Part shown: positions 13,121 to 26,093 of the stretch, piece after piece
How the letters are laid out: each line of letters starts with the position of its first letter
Position numbering within the stretch: position 1 is the first letter of the stretch
DNA from: Chiloscyllium plagiosum
Lineage: Eukaryota
NCBI RefSeq assembly: GCF_004010195.1
Contig: NC_057725.1
Span: 32,868,786-32,928,774, forward strand
Length of the DNA stretch: 59,989 bases
Direction of reading: 5' to 3'
Notes under the pieces: generated by a model
What the model was told of the DNA's origin: nothing
Database searches by the model: none
What the model saw: only the letters and a program-made list of their open reading frames with translations
Translations under genes and position numbers: made by a program

Positions 13121-13456
13121 TTAGATTAGATTAAATTACAGTGTGGAAACAGGCCCTTCGGCCCAACAAGTCCACATCGACCCGCCGAAGCGTAACCCAC
13201 CCATACCCCTACATTTACCCCTTACCTAACACTACGGGCAATTTAGCATGGCCAATTCACCTGACCTGCACATCTTTGGACTGTGGGAGGAAACCGGAGC
13301 ACCCGGAGGAAACCCACGCAGACACGGGGAGAACGTGCAAACTCCACACAGTCAGTCGCCTGAGGCGGGAATTGAACTCGGGTCTCTGGCGCTGTGAGGC
13401 AGCAGTGCTAACCGCTGTGAGGCAGCAGTGCTAACCACTGTGCCACCGTGCCGCCC
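13121..13456 (-). mobile_element. tRNA-derived SINE (HE1/V-SINE type) inserted in CR1
   Basis: Minus strand reads GGGCGGCACGGTGGCACAGTGGTTAGCACTG (A box) ... GAGTTCAATTCC (B box), with V-SINE-like core GTGGGTTTCCTCCGGGTGCTCCGGTTTCCTCCCAC and a (TCTAA)n tail. Internal tandem duplication of about 23 bp. Confidence 0.9.
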
Positions 13457-14390
13457 ACAAAGGATCTAAGGGGCAACCTTTTTACGCAGAGGGTTGTGCA
13501 TATATGGAATGAGCTGCCAGAGGAAGTGGTGGAGGCTGGCATGTTTACAACATTTAAAAGGCATCTGGATGAGTACAGGAATAGGAAGGGTTTGGAGGGA
13601 TATGAGCCGGGCACTGGCAACTGAGACTAGATTATGTTAGGATATCTGGTCAGCATGGGTGAGTTGGACTGAAGGGTCTGTTTCCATGCTGTACATTTCT
13701 ATGACTCAAGGTTGACTGACTGCTTCGCACCCTCCTGCCACATTTCTTTACACTTTCCCAAGTGGCACCAGTAAGCCTCCCTGCAAGGAAAGAGGTGCCT
13801 CTCCTGCTTAGGTTATAACTATAGGTATTGAGTAGAAAACTAAAACAGCAATGAAGAATTGTTAAGGCATAATAAAGAAAAGCTGATTGTATAAGGACTA
13901 GATAACATAGTTTTAAAGTTTCATTTGGAGATACAGGGAAGACAATGATAAGAATTATTTAGTGAATTGAATGGCACTGCCTTGGAACTTACCCCTAGCA
14001 GCCCGTTGGAAGTGGAGGTAATCAATGATTTTAAAAAGTAATCCAATGTGTACAGGGAAATAAACCTGCAAGGATATAGCAGATGAATGGGACTAACTGG
14101 ATTCCTCCTCATGGACTAGGTATAATGAATGACTCTGTAACTTGTAATGAAACAGCCTTGCAGTGAAACCAATAATGATGATAATGGGACTGACCAATGT
14201 TATTCAAAACCACTGTCAGAACAATAAAGCTATCTATACATTGTAACAACTTGCCAAGAAATAATTCCCTTTTCACATTACGACAAATACTCAACATTTT
14301 TACAAAAGTTGACATGCAAAGATCTAATAACCAAATAGCTCTCATCTAAGAGTACATAGCTCATCTCTATGAATGCAAAAATTACTTTAC

Positions 14391-14492
14391 CTTTCGATTT
14401 TTTGTACCAGATTCGAAGTCCCACACAAAGTCCTACACACAAAATAAAGCCAACGATGCCTCCAATAATTTGGTACACTGCTGGTATTTTAT
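14391..14492 (-). CDS. B7-H6/NCR3LG1-like gene, exon 4, transmembrane segment
   Basis: Acceptor CCTTACTTTAACAG|AT, donor G|GTAAAGT, 102 nt, phase 1-1. Encodes DKIPAVYQIIGGIVGFILCVGLCVGLRIWYKKSK: a hydrophobic helix followed by a basic stop-transfer. Confidence 0.88.
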
Positions 14493-15164
14493 CTGTTAAA
14501 GTAAGGAACACGCAGAACTCTTTCAAAACTTGACAACAGCCAAATTGTAGCATTTGCATATTTCATTACAAGCTTAATTGTCCTGTTCTGCTTATCAGAT
14601 CAATTTATTTTCAAGAAAATATGGCAGAACTGAAATAATTTATGTAAACGTGTGATATCTGTTCAACATTGTGCATTGTTTGAAACCAATCTTGTGTGCA
14701 TTTAGTGTTATGCTAAATTAATTAGTGCTTTTTGGTCATCAGGCAGATACCTAAAACAGGCATCTGGCTTTTGGATATGTTCCTTAGAGTCTACTCTTGG
14801 CTGGAAGAGCCCACACTGGAAAATGATTGAAGGACTTGCTTTGTCCTGAATAAGAATTCTTCAGTAACCCCAACAACAAAAATTTACATTTTCAAAATCA
14901 AACTTTCTAAAGAACTCAGGAGCAGCAACAATGCAGTTCAAATTCCAACCACACCCATGCTCAATGATCAGTTACAGTGCAGAGACCAAAGTTCATACAA
15001 TGGAGCTACATGTTTGTGTTTGACACATTCTATTTTGACTTTAGCATGACAAGCTGTGGCATGTGGATGTCACCTGCTTTGCAAAGAATAGTGGCTTGTA
15101 TTGGGGTGATGCTAATATGTTGAACAGCTGGGCATGGCAAATAAAAAGATAGAAATACAAATTT

Positions 15165-15508
15165 AGGGGAAGGCAGTAACAAAGTGCTAATTTCACTGCA
15201 GATCCTCAGACTAATGTTGTGGGGACATGGTTTCAAATCATGGTGAAATTTGAACTTAATAAAAATCTGGAATCCAAAGATTACCAAATGGCAACCATGG
15301 AACCATTGCCAATTTTGTAAAAAATTCTTCTAGTTCACTAATGTCCACTACAGGAGGAAATCTGCCAACCTTACCCAGCCTGTCCTACATTTGATTCCAG
15401 ACCAACAGTGATGTGTTGGCTCTTATCTACCCTCAGGGCAATTAGAGATGGGCAATGGATGCTGGCCAGGCCAGTAATGCTCACATTCCATGAGTGAATA
15501 AAAAAAAC
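15165..15508 (+). mobile_element. Old SINE (second family); other copies at about 25345-25820 and 46145-46505
   Basis: Shared GCTAATG-T-TGGGGA-ATGGGTTCAAATC B-box region and AATGCTGGC tail; A-rich end. Confidence 0.55.
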
Positions 15509-15593
15509 TGGAAAGGCCATATAAACAACTAAATATTACAAGGTTATAAAATTACAAATTATAAGCAAACTCTGTACTCTCACTAGGTCTTAC

Positions 15594-15908
15594 CTGCAAC
15601 ACTGTCAGCGTCCAATGTAAAATTGTCAGAAATGGTTTTATGTTCCACTACACATCTGTAGTCAGTTTGTTCATCCCACGTTGGTTCAGTTTTTATTTTA
15701 GTGGAAACACTGAATGTTCCATCACTGTTCGTAACTATATCCTCAGTGGACTGGCTTGTTGAAACATATTCCATTTTTCCATCTGATAATTTGAACCAAC
15801 TAACTTTGATTGGCTTAGGATAAAATTCCTTAACATCACATTGCAAAACGTGTTCTGTACCATTTGCAGTACTAATTTCTTGCACAGACATGCTGACCTT
15901 CGGTTGGA
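15594..15908 (-). CDS. B7-H6/NCR3LG1-like gene, exon 3, IgC1 domain
   Basis: Acceptor CTTTTACATAG|TC, donor G|GTAAGAC, 315 nt, phase 1-1. C1-set motifs LQCDVKEFYPKPIKVSW, NSDGTFSV and YRCVVEH; sequons NGT and NFT. Confidence 0.92.
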
Positions 15909-16799
15909 CTATGTAAAAGAGAATAAGACATGTAAATTGTTAACATATCATTATAAACATTTTACTAATTCTTGCTCTAAGAACCTAGCAGTGCTTCAGT
16001 TCTTTGCTTCTTTTGTTATTTTAATTTGTTTTAACCTTCAGGATGATCAATTGAAATGTGAACATTGGTGGAGTGGGAAGGTATGGATTACAGGACCCTT
16101 TAATAGTTGTGGAAGGCAGGGAAAGAGTGAGAGGAGAAGTGCATAAAATGGATTGGACACAGTGGAGCACCCTGCTAATCACATAGGGGTTGACTCTTTG
16201 ATTGACAAAAAGGATGCCATAACCAGAAATGCTCATCTGGCAGGTTGCATTATTGAAATAGGTCTGACAGAGAAATTGGAAGAATACAATGGAGTCCTTT
16301 CAGGAAGCTGGAGGTGAGAACTGTGGTCAAGATCATCCTCTACAATTCTGCCTCTGTCAGCATAATGCCACTGCCAAACACATCTTCCCTGGCCATCTTC
16401 AATATTCTTAAAAGTATCATTCACTCTGCAATGCCCTGGTCCACTCTGTAAATATTTGTAAACTCAACTTCTCCACTTCCAATTTCCATGGGATACCTTT
16501 CCATGCAAATGCAGTGAATGCAAGACTTAGCCTTTAGATCTGCCTTTCACATCATCTAAGTTTCAAAAGGCTTCTTCAAAGGCGCTCAGTGCCTGATCAA
16601 GGGACCCAGCATCAGAAGGCATGGGACCCACTAGACCAAATTCACACTCACTCTCCTGTGATACCCCCATCCCACCTTCGCAAACCTTTGGCCTTAAGTC
16701 CGTTGTTGATCTTCAGACAAGTACGTCACTGATAACTAAGTGGTGCAGTTGGCAATGGACTACTGCTGGCCTCTGATGTGTCTAATATGCATTGAAAAT

Positions 16800-19262
16800 T
16801 GGAGGGCCTTCACTCATGGAGCTGATGTGGGCTCCTGCCAGGTCTTCATCCATCAAACAAGACCCTATTGCAGAGTAAATTATGCTGTTACTTCTATTTC
16901 TTTCCACAACTGAGAAATAAGGAAGGGATGATAACCTTATTGGGATTGTAGACCCCCTTATAGTCAGAGGGAAATTGAGAAACAAACTTGTAAGGAGATC
17001 TCAGCTATCTGTAAGAAAATAGGGTGGTTATGGAAGGGGATTTTAACTGTCCAAACATCGACTGGGACTGCCATAGTGTTAAGGGTTTAGATGGAGAGGA
17101 ATTTATTAAGTATGTATAAGACAATTTTCTGATTCAGTATGTGGATCTACCTAGTAGAGAAGGTACAAAACTTGACGTACTGTTGGGAAATAAGGCAGGA
17201 CATTTGACTGAGGTGTCAGTGGGGGAGCACTTTGGAGTCACTGACCATAATTCTATTAGATTTAAAATAATGATGGAAAAGGATAGACCAGATCTAAAAG
17301 TTGAAGTTCTAAATTGGAGAAAAGCCAATTTTGATGGTATTAGGCAAAAACTTTCGAAAGCTGATTGGGGGCAGATGTTCGCAGGTAAAGGAACGACTGG
17401 AAAATGGGAAGCCTTTAGAAATGAGATAATGAGAATCCAGAGAAATATATTCCTGTTAGGGTGAAAGGAAAGGCTGGTAGGTATAGGGAATGCTGGATGA
17501 CAAAAGAAATTGAGGGTTTGGTTACGAAAAAGAAAGAAGCAGATGTAAGGTATAGACAGGATAGATCGAGTGAATCCTGAGAAGAGTATAAAGGAAGTAG
17601 GAGTATACTTAAGAGGGAAATCAGGAGGACAAAAAGGGGACATGAGACAGCTTTGGCACATAGAATTAAGGAAAATCCAAAGAGTTTTCATAAATACATT
17701 AAGGACAAATCAGTAACTAGGGAGAGAATAGGACCCCTCAAAGATCAATAAGGCGACATTTGTGTGGAGCCCTAGAAAATGGGGGCGATACTAAATGAGT
17801 ATTTTGCATCAGTATTTACTGTGGAAAAGGGTATGGAAGATATAGACTGTAGGGAAATAGATGGTGACATCTTGAAAAATGTCCATATTACAGAGGAGGA
17901 AGTGCTGATTGTCTTGAAACACATAAAAGTGGATAAATCCCCAGGACCTGATCGGGTGTACCCTAGAACTCTGTGGGAAGCTAAAGAAGTGATTGCTGGG
18001 CCTCTTGCTGAGATATTTGTATCATTGATAGTCACAGGTGAGGTGGGGGAAGACTGGAGAATGGCAAACGTGGTGCCACTGTTTCAGAAGGGTGGTAAGG
18101 ACAAGCCAGGGAACTATAGACCAGTGAGCCTGATGTCGGTGGTGGGCAAGTGGTTGGATGGAATCCTGAGGGACAGGATGTACATGTATTTGAAAAGGCG
18201 AGGATTGATTAGGGATAGTCAACATGGTTTTGTGTGTGGGAATCATGTCTCACAAACTTGATTGAGTTTTTTGAGGAAGTAACAAAGAGGATTGATGAGG
18301 GCAGAGCAGTTGATGTGATCTATATGGAATTCAGTAAGGCATTCGACAAGGTTTCCCATGGGAGACTGATTAGCAAGGTTAGATCTCATGGAATACAGGG
18401 AGAACTAGCCATTTGGATACAGAACTGGCTCAAAGGTAGAAGTCAGAGGGTGGTGGTGGAGGGTTGTTTTTCAGACTGGAGGCCTGTGACCAGTGGAGTG
18501 CCACAAGAATCGGTGCTGGCATTTACATAAATGATTCAGATGCGAGCATAAGAGGTACAGTTAGTAAGTTTGCAGATGACACCAAAATTGGAGGTGTAGT
18601 GGACAGCGAAGAGGGTTAGAAGATGTTTGGTATGCTTTCCTTTATTGGTCAGAGTATTGACTTCAGGAGTTGAGAGGTCATGTTGTGACTGTACAGGACA
18701 TTGGTTAGGCCACTGTTGGAATATTGCGTGCAATTCTGGTCTCCTTCCTATCGGAAAGATGTTGTGAAACTTGAAAGGGTTCAGAAAAGATTTACAAGGA
18801 TGTTGCCAGGGTTGGAGGATTTGAGCTATAGGGAGAGGCTGAACAGGCTGGGGCTGTTTTCCCTGGAGTGTCAGAGGCTGAGGGGTGACCATATAGGGGT
18901 CTACAAAATTATGAGGGGCATGGAAAGGGTAAATAGGCAAAGTCTTTTCCCTGGGGTTGGGGAGTCCAGAATTAAAGCGCATAGGCTTAGGGTGAGAGGG
19001 GAAAGATATAAAAGAGACCTAAGGGGCGACGTTTTCACAGAGGGTGGTACGGGTATGGAATGAGCCTCCAGAGGAAGTGGTGGAGGCTGGTACAATTGCA
19101 ACATTTAAGAGACATTTGGTTGGGTATATGAATGGGAAAGGTTTGGAGTGATATGGGCCGGGTGCTGGCAGTGGGATTAGATTGGGTTGGGATATCTGGT
19201 CGGCATGGACGGGTTGGACCGAAGGGACTGTTTCTATGCTGTACATCTCTATGACTATGACT
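16800..19262 (+). mobile_element. CR1 LINE, APE to 3' tail, with internal deletion
   Basis: DHNSIRF, KSPGPD, PGNYRPVSL, KAFDKV, FADDTK and RPLLEYC motifs; tail CTATGACTATGA. Confidence 0.93.
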
Positions 19263-20498
19263 GTAAGTGCTGTCTGGTGTATTGAATATTTCCAGCATTT
19301 TTCATTTCTATTCCATTACCATTTTTTGATTCCTTTTCATAATATTTCAATTACCTTTGTGCCTGGACGCCAATTTGTTAACACCCCAAATACCTCTAGC
19401 TTTGCATCATTTAGAAATTACACTGATCTATGCATTTTAGGTTGCAAGTCAATGATCTCATTTTTGCCCCTTCTTGAAATCCATTTGTCACAGTTTTGGC
19501 CATTCACTTAAACCAATAAATTTCAGGCTTCAATCCACACTGTTGACAATGTTACTATTTTTGTGCCATCAGCAATTTTGAATGCATGCCTCTTTATCTG
19601 ATTAAGTGCAGCTTTTGTGTATTTTTGGCAGTACAGAATCAATGGGCCAAAGGGCCTCTTCTGAGCTGTCTGATTCTATGAATATAAAGTAGATAATATT
19701 TATAGTAAATGCCTATGGTCCAGTTGGACACCATTAGCCATATTCTGTCAAATGGACTATCTGCACATTACATCATTCATTCTGTTTTCTATTGTGCAGT
19801 CAATTTCTTAATATGGACAATAATTTAACATTAATTCCATAAGCTTCAACTTTAGTAAACTGCCCTTTACCAAATTTCTTCTTGAAGGTTGTAGAGAGAA
19901 CACATTTAGAACTTCCCTTGGTTACTACTTAAGTTGCTGATAAGAAAGGTATGACTTTACAACTCAATACTGACTCTCTCTATGATCTGCTGAAAGTTTT
20001 CAAGGTGTTCAGCTATTTTATCTTTAATTATATGATGTTCAAAAACCAAAGTAACAGCTAACAGATTTATTATTTTTCTGGTTTCCATGTTTCAACTATC
20101 CAAGTTGCGAACTTACATGAAGAATATTTTAAAATTCTGGATATAGGCATCGCTGGGACTATTGCTGTTATCAGTTATACATTTTCACAGTTAAATTGTT
20201 CCTGGGCTCTTTTTTAATTATCAAGATTTTTGTATGATTTTGATATTCAATGTTTCGCTTCACACTCTCTTTTTTGATATTACTTACTATTACTGTTCCA
20301 ACCAAGGTCAGTTAGCTTCATAAAAACTGCAAAATTGATGGCTGTTATTAACTGGAATGCTTACTTAGCCATCAGCTGAGTCAGAACTTTAATGATTTTA
20401 CAGATGGAAATAAATATTTTTTGCATAGAGCAGTAAATACCCAGTACTGTGAGTAAAATTGCATGTTATGGAGCTGAAATTGATTTTGTCTCTCCTAC

Positions 20499-20837
20499 CT
20501 GACACTTGCATCACTGAACTCTTTTCTTCTTTATGGGGAGTAACAAAAACAACGCACGTGTATGTTCCTTCTTCATAACGTTGCACATTTGGAAGGTAAA
20601 GTGAAGCATTCCCTTTCTGTAAAGCATTGTCAAACATCTTTGCTCCATTTCTGATTGGTTGATGCTTTCCTCCATTGAATATATACACATCTTTCTTGGC
20701 TGTTTGCGATGTAAAAGTCCATCGAACAGCTACATGTGAGAGGTCAGATTCTGGTTCTTTATATTTGCATTTTAAAAGAGCATCTTCATTTGCTAAAACT
20801 TCCAGTGGTGCAGGAAATATCTCCACTTCTAAAGGTC
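20499..20837 (-). CDS. B7-H6/NCR3LG1-like gene, exon 2, IgV domain
   Basis: Acceptor TTTTCTAG|GA, donor G|GTAGGAG, 339 nt open, phase 1-1. V-set motifs LLKC...VAVRW...GNASLYLPNVQRYEEGTYTCVVFVTP. The F-G strand 'CxVxVTP' and an N-glycan sequon (NAS) resemble B7-H6. Confidence 0.92.
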
Positions 20838-21842
20838 CTAGAAAATAATTTAATATTTTAAAATAGTAAAATGCCTAAACATGCCTCAAATATTGCAAAT
20901 AGGTGGAGAGCTATTGTTATAATCACAGCAGGGATCAGTATCAATTTTCTAAATAGAACTTTGAAATTTTCAAAACACACAAAATCACAAGATTTCATGG
21001 TTAAAACAGATACATTTTTATTATACAGGAATCAAATAAAGCATACACTAAATGCTTTCATTAGCCTCTATGCTCTATACCCAGAATTAGTATTAGATAA
21101 ATGTGAAGTAATAGACAAATTATGGTTGGTTATAAACTATAAATTACACATTAAAGGCACTTTCAGAAGTTATGACTTGGTATGGTAATCCACTCAGCAT
21201 AAGTCTAATCAGTTTCAGTGACAGAGCATTTTTAAAACTATGTCTTCCTCATAAGATGTTCAGGTATTCTCCTCCTAGTTCTTCAACACTATAGTTCCAA
21301 ACAAATTAATCTCCAAACTCTGAGACCTGCCCTCTGCAAATGGATCCTCAGCTTCCTGATCCACAGACTGCAATCAGTAAGAATAAGCACGATAATCCTC
21401 AATACCAGCACCCTGCATGGCTGCGTACTCAGCCCCATACTATACTCCCTATACACTCATGCCTATGAGGCCAAATTTCGTCTTTAACTCCATCTATAAG
21501 TTCGTTGACGACACAGATGAGACAGAATACAGGAAAGAGACACAGTACTTGGTGGTGTGGTATAAAGATAACAATCTCTTTCTCAATGTCAGCAAACTGA
21601 AAGAGTTGATCATTGACATTAGGGTGCAAGGTGGAGGGTATGCCCTTATCTACATCAATGGAGCTGAGGTGGAGATGGTTGAGAGAATCACATTCCCAGG
21701 AGTGATGATCACCAACAATCTGTCCTAGTCAAACTGCACTGAGGTGATGGTCAAGAAAGCACCACAACATCTCTATTTCCTCAAGAGGCTAAGGAAATTC
21801 AGCATGTCCATAAAGACACTGACCAATTTTTATAGATGCACC

Positions 21843-22757
21843 TGTGAGATATTGTGTTATGACACATTGTGTTATGGGTTATCTTTATTAACCCATGCAC
21901 CAGCTCGCTATATTCATTAATACCGGGTTCCTGTTCATTTATTCATAACCTTTTACTTCCCTATTATTTACTATAACACAGTTTCATTCATTCATTCATA
22001 AAACTGCAGTTCTGCAGTATCCAAATTTAAAAACAACCCTTTCAAACTCATTAGTGCATTTCCACATCTTATCATCTCTTGCCACAAGCAGTGTTTTCCT
22101 CTGGATAAATGAAGCATACAGAACAATACCATCCCCATCAACCATTATAATATTAATCAGCACTTACTAACCATCTTCTGGACCTGAATAGATTAGGTAC
22201 CTGTTAAATATCTTTTAACTTGGCTATTGTCCCTTTAAGAAACTAACTGACAAATCAGCAATTCTATGAAATTGCATGAATGAATGAAACTCATACCGGC
22301 AAATAGAAAGTAAATCTCACAACCCAGCTACAGTAATCAGCTTAATACCCTTTATTCTTTTATTCCGTATAGGTAAAATTTTTAACTTATTTAGAGCATA
22401 TAGGCCTAGCATTTTTACTAATATTTACTAACTTAAAAGACAAAAAGACTGACACCTCCCAATTATGCAAGCAGACCAGACAGATGTCCCATCAGAAGTA
22501 GCAGCCAGCACTTAGCACATGTTTTAACCCATCTCCTGTCTCCCAGGTCAGAAGCCCTTCAAAACTTTGTGTACTAGAGATAAAAATTGTAACACCACGG
22601 TAATGGAATTTTACTATATGTAAGAACTGTGTATAAAGGGTCTCTTGTAAGAACTGTATTTTGGGATTTTATAGCTGCCTCAGACTTTAACTGTGAGTGC
22701 TGAATAAAAGAGGCTATTTCCGCTACTTATCAATTCCAGTCATTATATGAACACAAC
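21843..22757 (+). mobile_element. Solo LTR-like element nested in Rex1
   Basis: Interrupts the Rex1 coding sequence; starts TGTGAGATATTGTG, with a TATA-like box at about 22632 and AATAAA at about 22703. Homologous, inverted, to 42153-44110. Confidence 0.65.
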
Positions 22758-23126
22758 ACAGAAAGCATTCTATCCAGATGCATCACAGCTTGGTGTAGCA
22801 AATACACTGCCCAGGACCATAAAAAAACTACAGAGGGAAGTGAACGCAATTCAGTCCATTACACAAGCCAATGTTTCATACATTTACTCTATCTATCAAT
22901 CACGCAGCCTGGGGAAGACAGCCAACATAATCAAGACCACTGTCATCCTGATATACTGTAATCTCTTCCAAACTCTTCCATCAAGCAGAAGAAGCAAAAG
23001 CTTAAACACACATACCACCAGGTTCAAGAACAGCTTCATCCTTGCAGTTGTTAGACTTCTGAATGGTCCTTTCAAATCTTAAATTTGATGTTGAACTCGA
23101 TCTTTGTGCACCTTCTCTGCAGCCAT

Positions 23127-24899
23127 AAGAGTCATACAGGTATACAGCACAGAAACAGATGCTTCAGTTTAACTCATCCATGCCGGTCAGATGTACTATA
23201 TAAATCTAGTCCCATGTGCCAGCATTTGGCCCATGTCTCTCTAAACCCTTCCTATTCATATACCCATTCAGATCCATTGTACCAGCCTCCAACACATCCT
23301 CTGGCAGCTCATTCCATTTGTGCACCAGCCTCTGCTTGACAAAGTTGCTCCTTAGGTCCTTTTTAAATCTTTCTCCTCTCATTTTAAACTCATACCCTCT
23401 AGTTTTGGACTCACCCATTCCGGGGAAAAGACTTTGCTTATTTATCCAATCCTTGCCCCTAATGATTTAATAAACATCTGTAACATCACCCCTCAGCATC
23501 CAATGCTCCAGCCTATTCAGCCCCTCCCTATAGTTCAAACCCTACAACCCTGGCAACATCCTCATAATCTTTTCTGGACCCTTTAAAGTTTCACAACATC
23601 CTTCTTAAAGCAGGGAGACCAGAATTGCATACAGTACTCCAAAACTGACCTAACCAATGTCCTGTACTGCCACAACATGACCTCCCAACTCCTATACTCA
23701 ATGCACTAACCAATAAAGGCAACCTGTGACTCCATTTTCAAGGATCTATAAACCTGCACTCCAAGGTCACTTTGTTCAGCAACACTCCCCATCCTTACCA
23801 TTAAGTGTATGAGCCCTGCCCTGATTTGCCTTTCAAAATCAGCACCTAACATTTGTCTAAATTAAACTCCATCTGCCAACCCTCGGTCTATTGACCTATC
23901 TAATCAAGATCCTGTTGTCCTGTGAGGTACCCTTCTTCACTGTCCACTACACCTCCAATTTTAGTGTCATCTTCAAACTTACTAACCCTACCTCCTGTGT
24001 TCACATCCCGGCTGAAAGGGAACATAAAACAGTTTTGGCAAATAATGTTTTGGAGAATTCGAAGGGATTCTACAAAAACATTAAGGACAAAAGAGTAAGT
24101 AGGGAGAGAATTGGGTGCCTTAAAGATCAGCAAGGCAGCCGATGTGTGGAACCACAGGAGATGGGTGAGATAATAAATGTGTATTTGTGCATCAGTGTTT
24201 ACTGCGGAGAAGGATATGGAAGGTATAGAATTTGTGGAAATAAATAGCAACATCTTGAAAAATGTCCATATTACAGAGGAGGAACTGCTGGATGTCTTAA
24301 AATGCATAATGGTGGATAAATCCCTGGGACCTGATCAGGTGTACCCTAAAACTCTGTGGGCAGAGAGGGAAGAGATTGCTGGGCCTCTTGTTGAGATATT
24401 TGTATCATTGATAGCCATAGGTGAGGTGCTGGATGACTGGAGATTGGCTAACATTGTGCCACTGTTCAAGAAAGGTGGTAAGAAAAAGCCAAGGAACAAT
24501 AGACTGGTGAGCCTGACATCAATGGTGGGCACATTGTTGGAGGGAATCCTGTGGGACAGGATTTACATGTATTTGGAAAGGTAAGGACTGATTAGGGATA
24601 GTCAACATTGCTTTGTGCATGGGAAATCATGTTTCACTAACTTGATTGAGTTTTCTGAAGAAGTAATGAAGAGGTTTGATGAAGGCAGAGAGGTGGATAT
24701 GATCTATACGAATGTCAGTTAGGCGTTCCTCTTGATAGACCGGTTAGCAAGGTTAAATCGCATGGAATACAGGAAGAACTAGCCGTTTTGATAAGGAATT
24801 GGCTCAAAGGTAGAAGACAGAGGGTGGTGGTGAAGGGTTGCATTTCAGATTGGAGGCCTGTGACCAGTGGTGTGCCACAAAGTTTGGTGCTGGATCCAT
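23127..24899 (-). mobile_element. CR1 LINE with 5' inversion (3' part on minus 23127-24008, upstream part on plus 24009-24899)
   Basis: The two halves are adjacent, non-overlapping parts of CR1 ORF2; flanked by CCAT at 23123-23126 and 24900-24903. Confidence 0.75.
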
Positions 24900-25660
24900 C
24901 CATGGCATTGTATTCCTCGTTCTGTTCTATTACCTTTATGCACTTTGTATGGTATGATCTGCCGGCACTGCGGGCCAAACAAAACTTCTCACTATGCTTA
25001 GGTAGATGTGAATAATCAATCAAATCACATCAAATCCTAGGATTTAGCCTCATCTCTAGCCAACAGCCAACTTGTTTTAACCAAAACAAGTTCAATGGCA
25101 TGGTCTTGATTAAAAATGGCTTATGTATGCAGAACATCCTCAATTCTAATTGGATGATAAAATGCCACTATCTTGAAGTAATGGAAACAGTTGAGCAATC
25201 ATGATCATTGCTTATTAACAGTTTCTGGATCTAAATTCTTCAACCTGCCTGCCTGTACTGCATAGCTAGCATCATCATTATCCATTACTGAAATCAGGCA
25301 GCATTTTTAAGTATTCCATAACTATAAATCAAACTGTTTGGGCTGTAGGAGGATGGGACATTGTGATAGTGTCACTGAACTAAAAATGAAGAGACCCAGG
25401 CTAATGCTCTGGGGATGTGGGTTCAACTCCCAACTCACAGCAGCTGGAATTTAAAGTTAATGATAAGCTGAAGCTTAAAGACTGGCAATTGTAAAACTCC
25501 ATCTGGTTTACTGATGTCCTTCATAGGGAAGACAATCTACATTCTACAGTCAGGGCTTCATGTGACTCCAGATCCACAGTAATATGGTTGATTCTGTCGT
25601 ACTGATCAAAGGTATTCACTGATAGGCAACAAATGCTGGCATTGCTAGAGATATCCCGAG

Positions 25661-25717
25661 CCCGGGTCTCTGGCGCTGTGAGGCAGCAGTGCTAACCACT
25701 GTGCCACCGTGCCGCCC
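25661..25717 (-). mobile_element. 57-bp SINE 5' head flanked by an 80-bp direct duplication
   Basis: Direct repeats at 25581-25660 and 25718-25797. Confidence 0.85.
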
Positions 25718-25974
25718 AATATGGTTGATTCTGTCGTACTGATCAAAGGTATTCACTGATAGGCAACAAATGCTGGCATTGCCAGAGATATCCCGAGGCC
25801 ATTAAGAAATATTTAATAAAAACTATCCAACCATATCCAGTATTCTTAGAAAGTTTCCTATTAGTTTCAGTCTCAGTTTCTGTAGAAACTGGAAGGGTCA
25901 GTTTCCTTTCTTCATTTCCTTCTTCAATAAAAAGTTGAAGCCACCATAGTCCATGCTTTCATTAAAGGGCATGA

Positions 25975-26093
25975 TTCGGAGATACCTGTGTTGGACTGGG
26001 GTGTACAAAGTTAAAAATCACACAACACCAGGTTATAGTCCAACAGGTTTAATTGGAAGCACTAGTTTTCTGAGCGCTGCTCCTTCATCACCT
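25975..26093 (-). mobile_element. Short Penelope-derived repeat (family B)
   Basis: Matches 6334-6474 and 6730-6840. Confidence 0.75.

Larger units (their letters stand above)
7490..13710. mobile_element. Cluster of nested CR1 fragments (+ 7490-8075; - 8080-9245; + 9248-9905; - 9905-11830; + 12165-12550; + 12995-13710)
   Basis: RPHLEYC, NPGNYRPV, AFDNVPHGRL and RVWNELPEEVVEA motifs; CTATGA-type tails. Confidence 0.85.
21279..25034 (+). mobile_element. 5'-truncated Rex1/Babar-type LINE with nested LTR and CR1
   Basis: RT C-terminal motifs KFVDDT, NNLFLNVSKLKELIIDIR, KKAPQHLYFLKRLRKF and TRFKNSFI...VRLLN; (CAAAT)n-like tail; TSD TCCTAG at 21273-21278 and 25035-25040. Confidence 0.8.

Noticed and set aside
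13370-13456. tRNA gene
   Set aside because: The A and B boxes belong to a SINE head that continues into the SINE core and tail.
14391-20837. Tapasin/TAPBPL, SIRP, MHC or rearranging Ig/TCR gene
   Set aside because: The leader splices directly to a single V then one C1, with no tapasin N-terminal exons, no second C1 and no peptide-binding domains. The V exon includes its own G strand and ends in a splice donor rather than an RSS.
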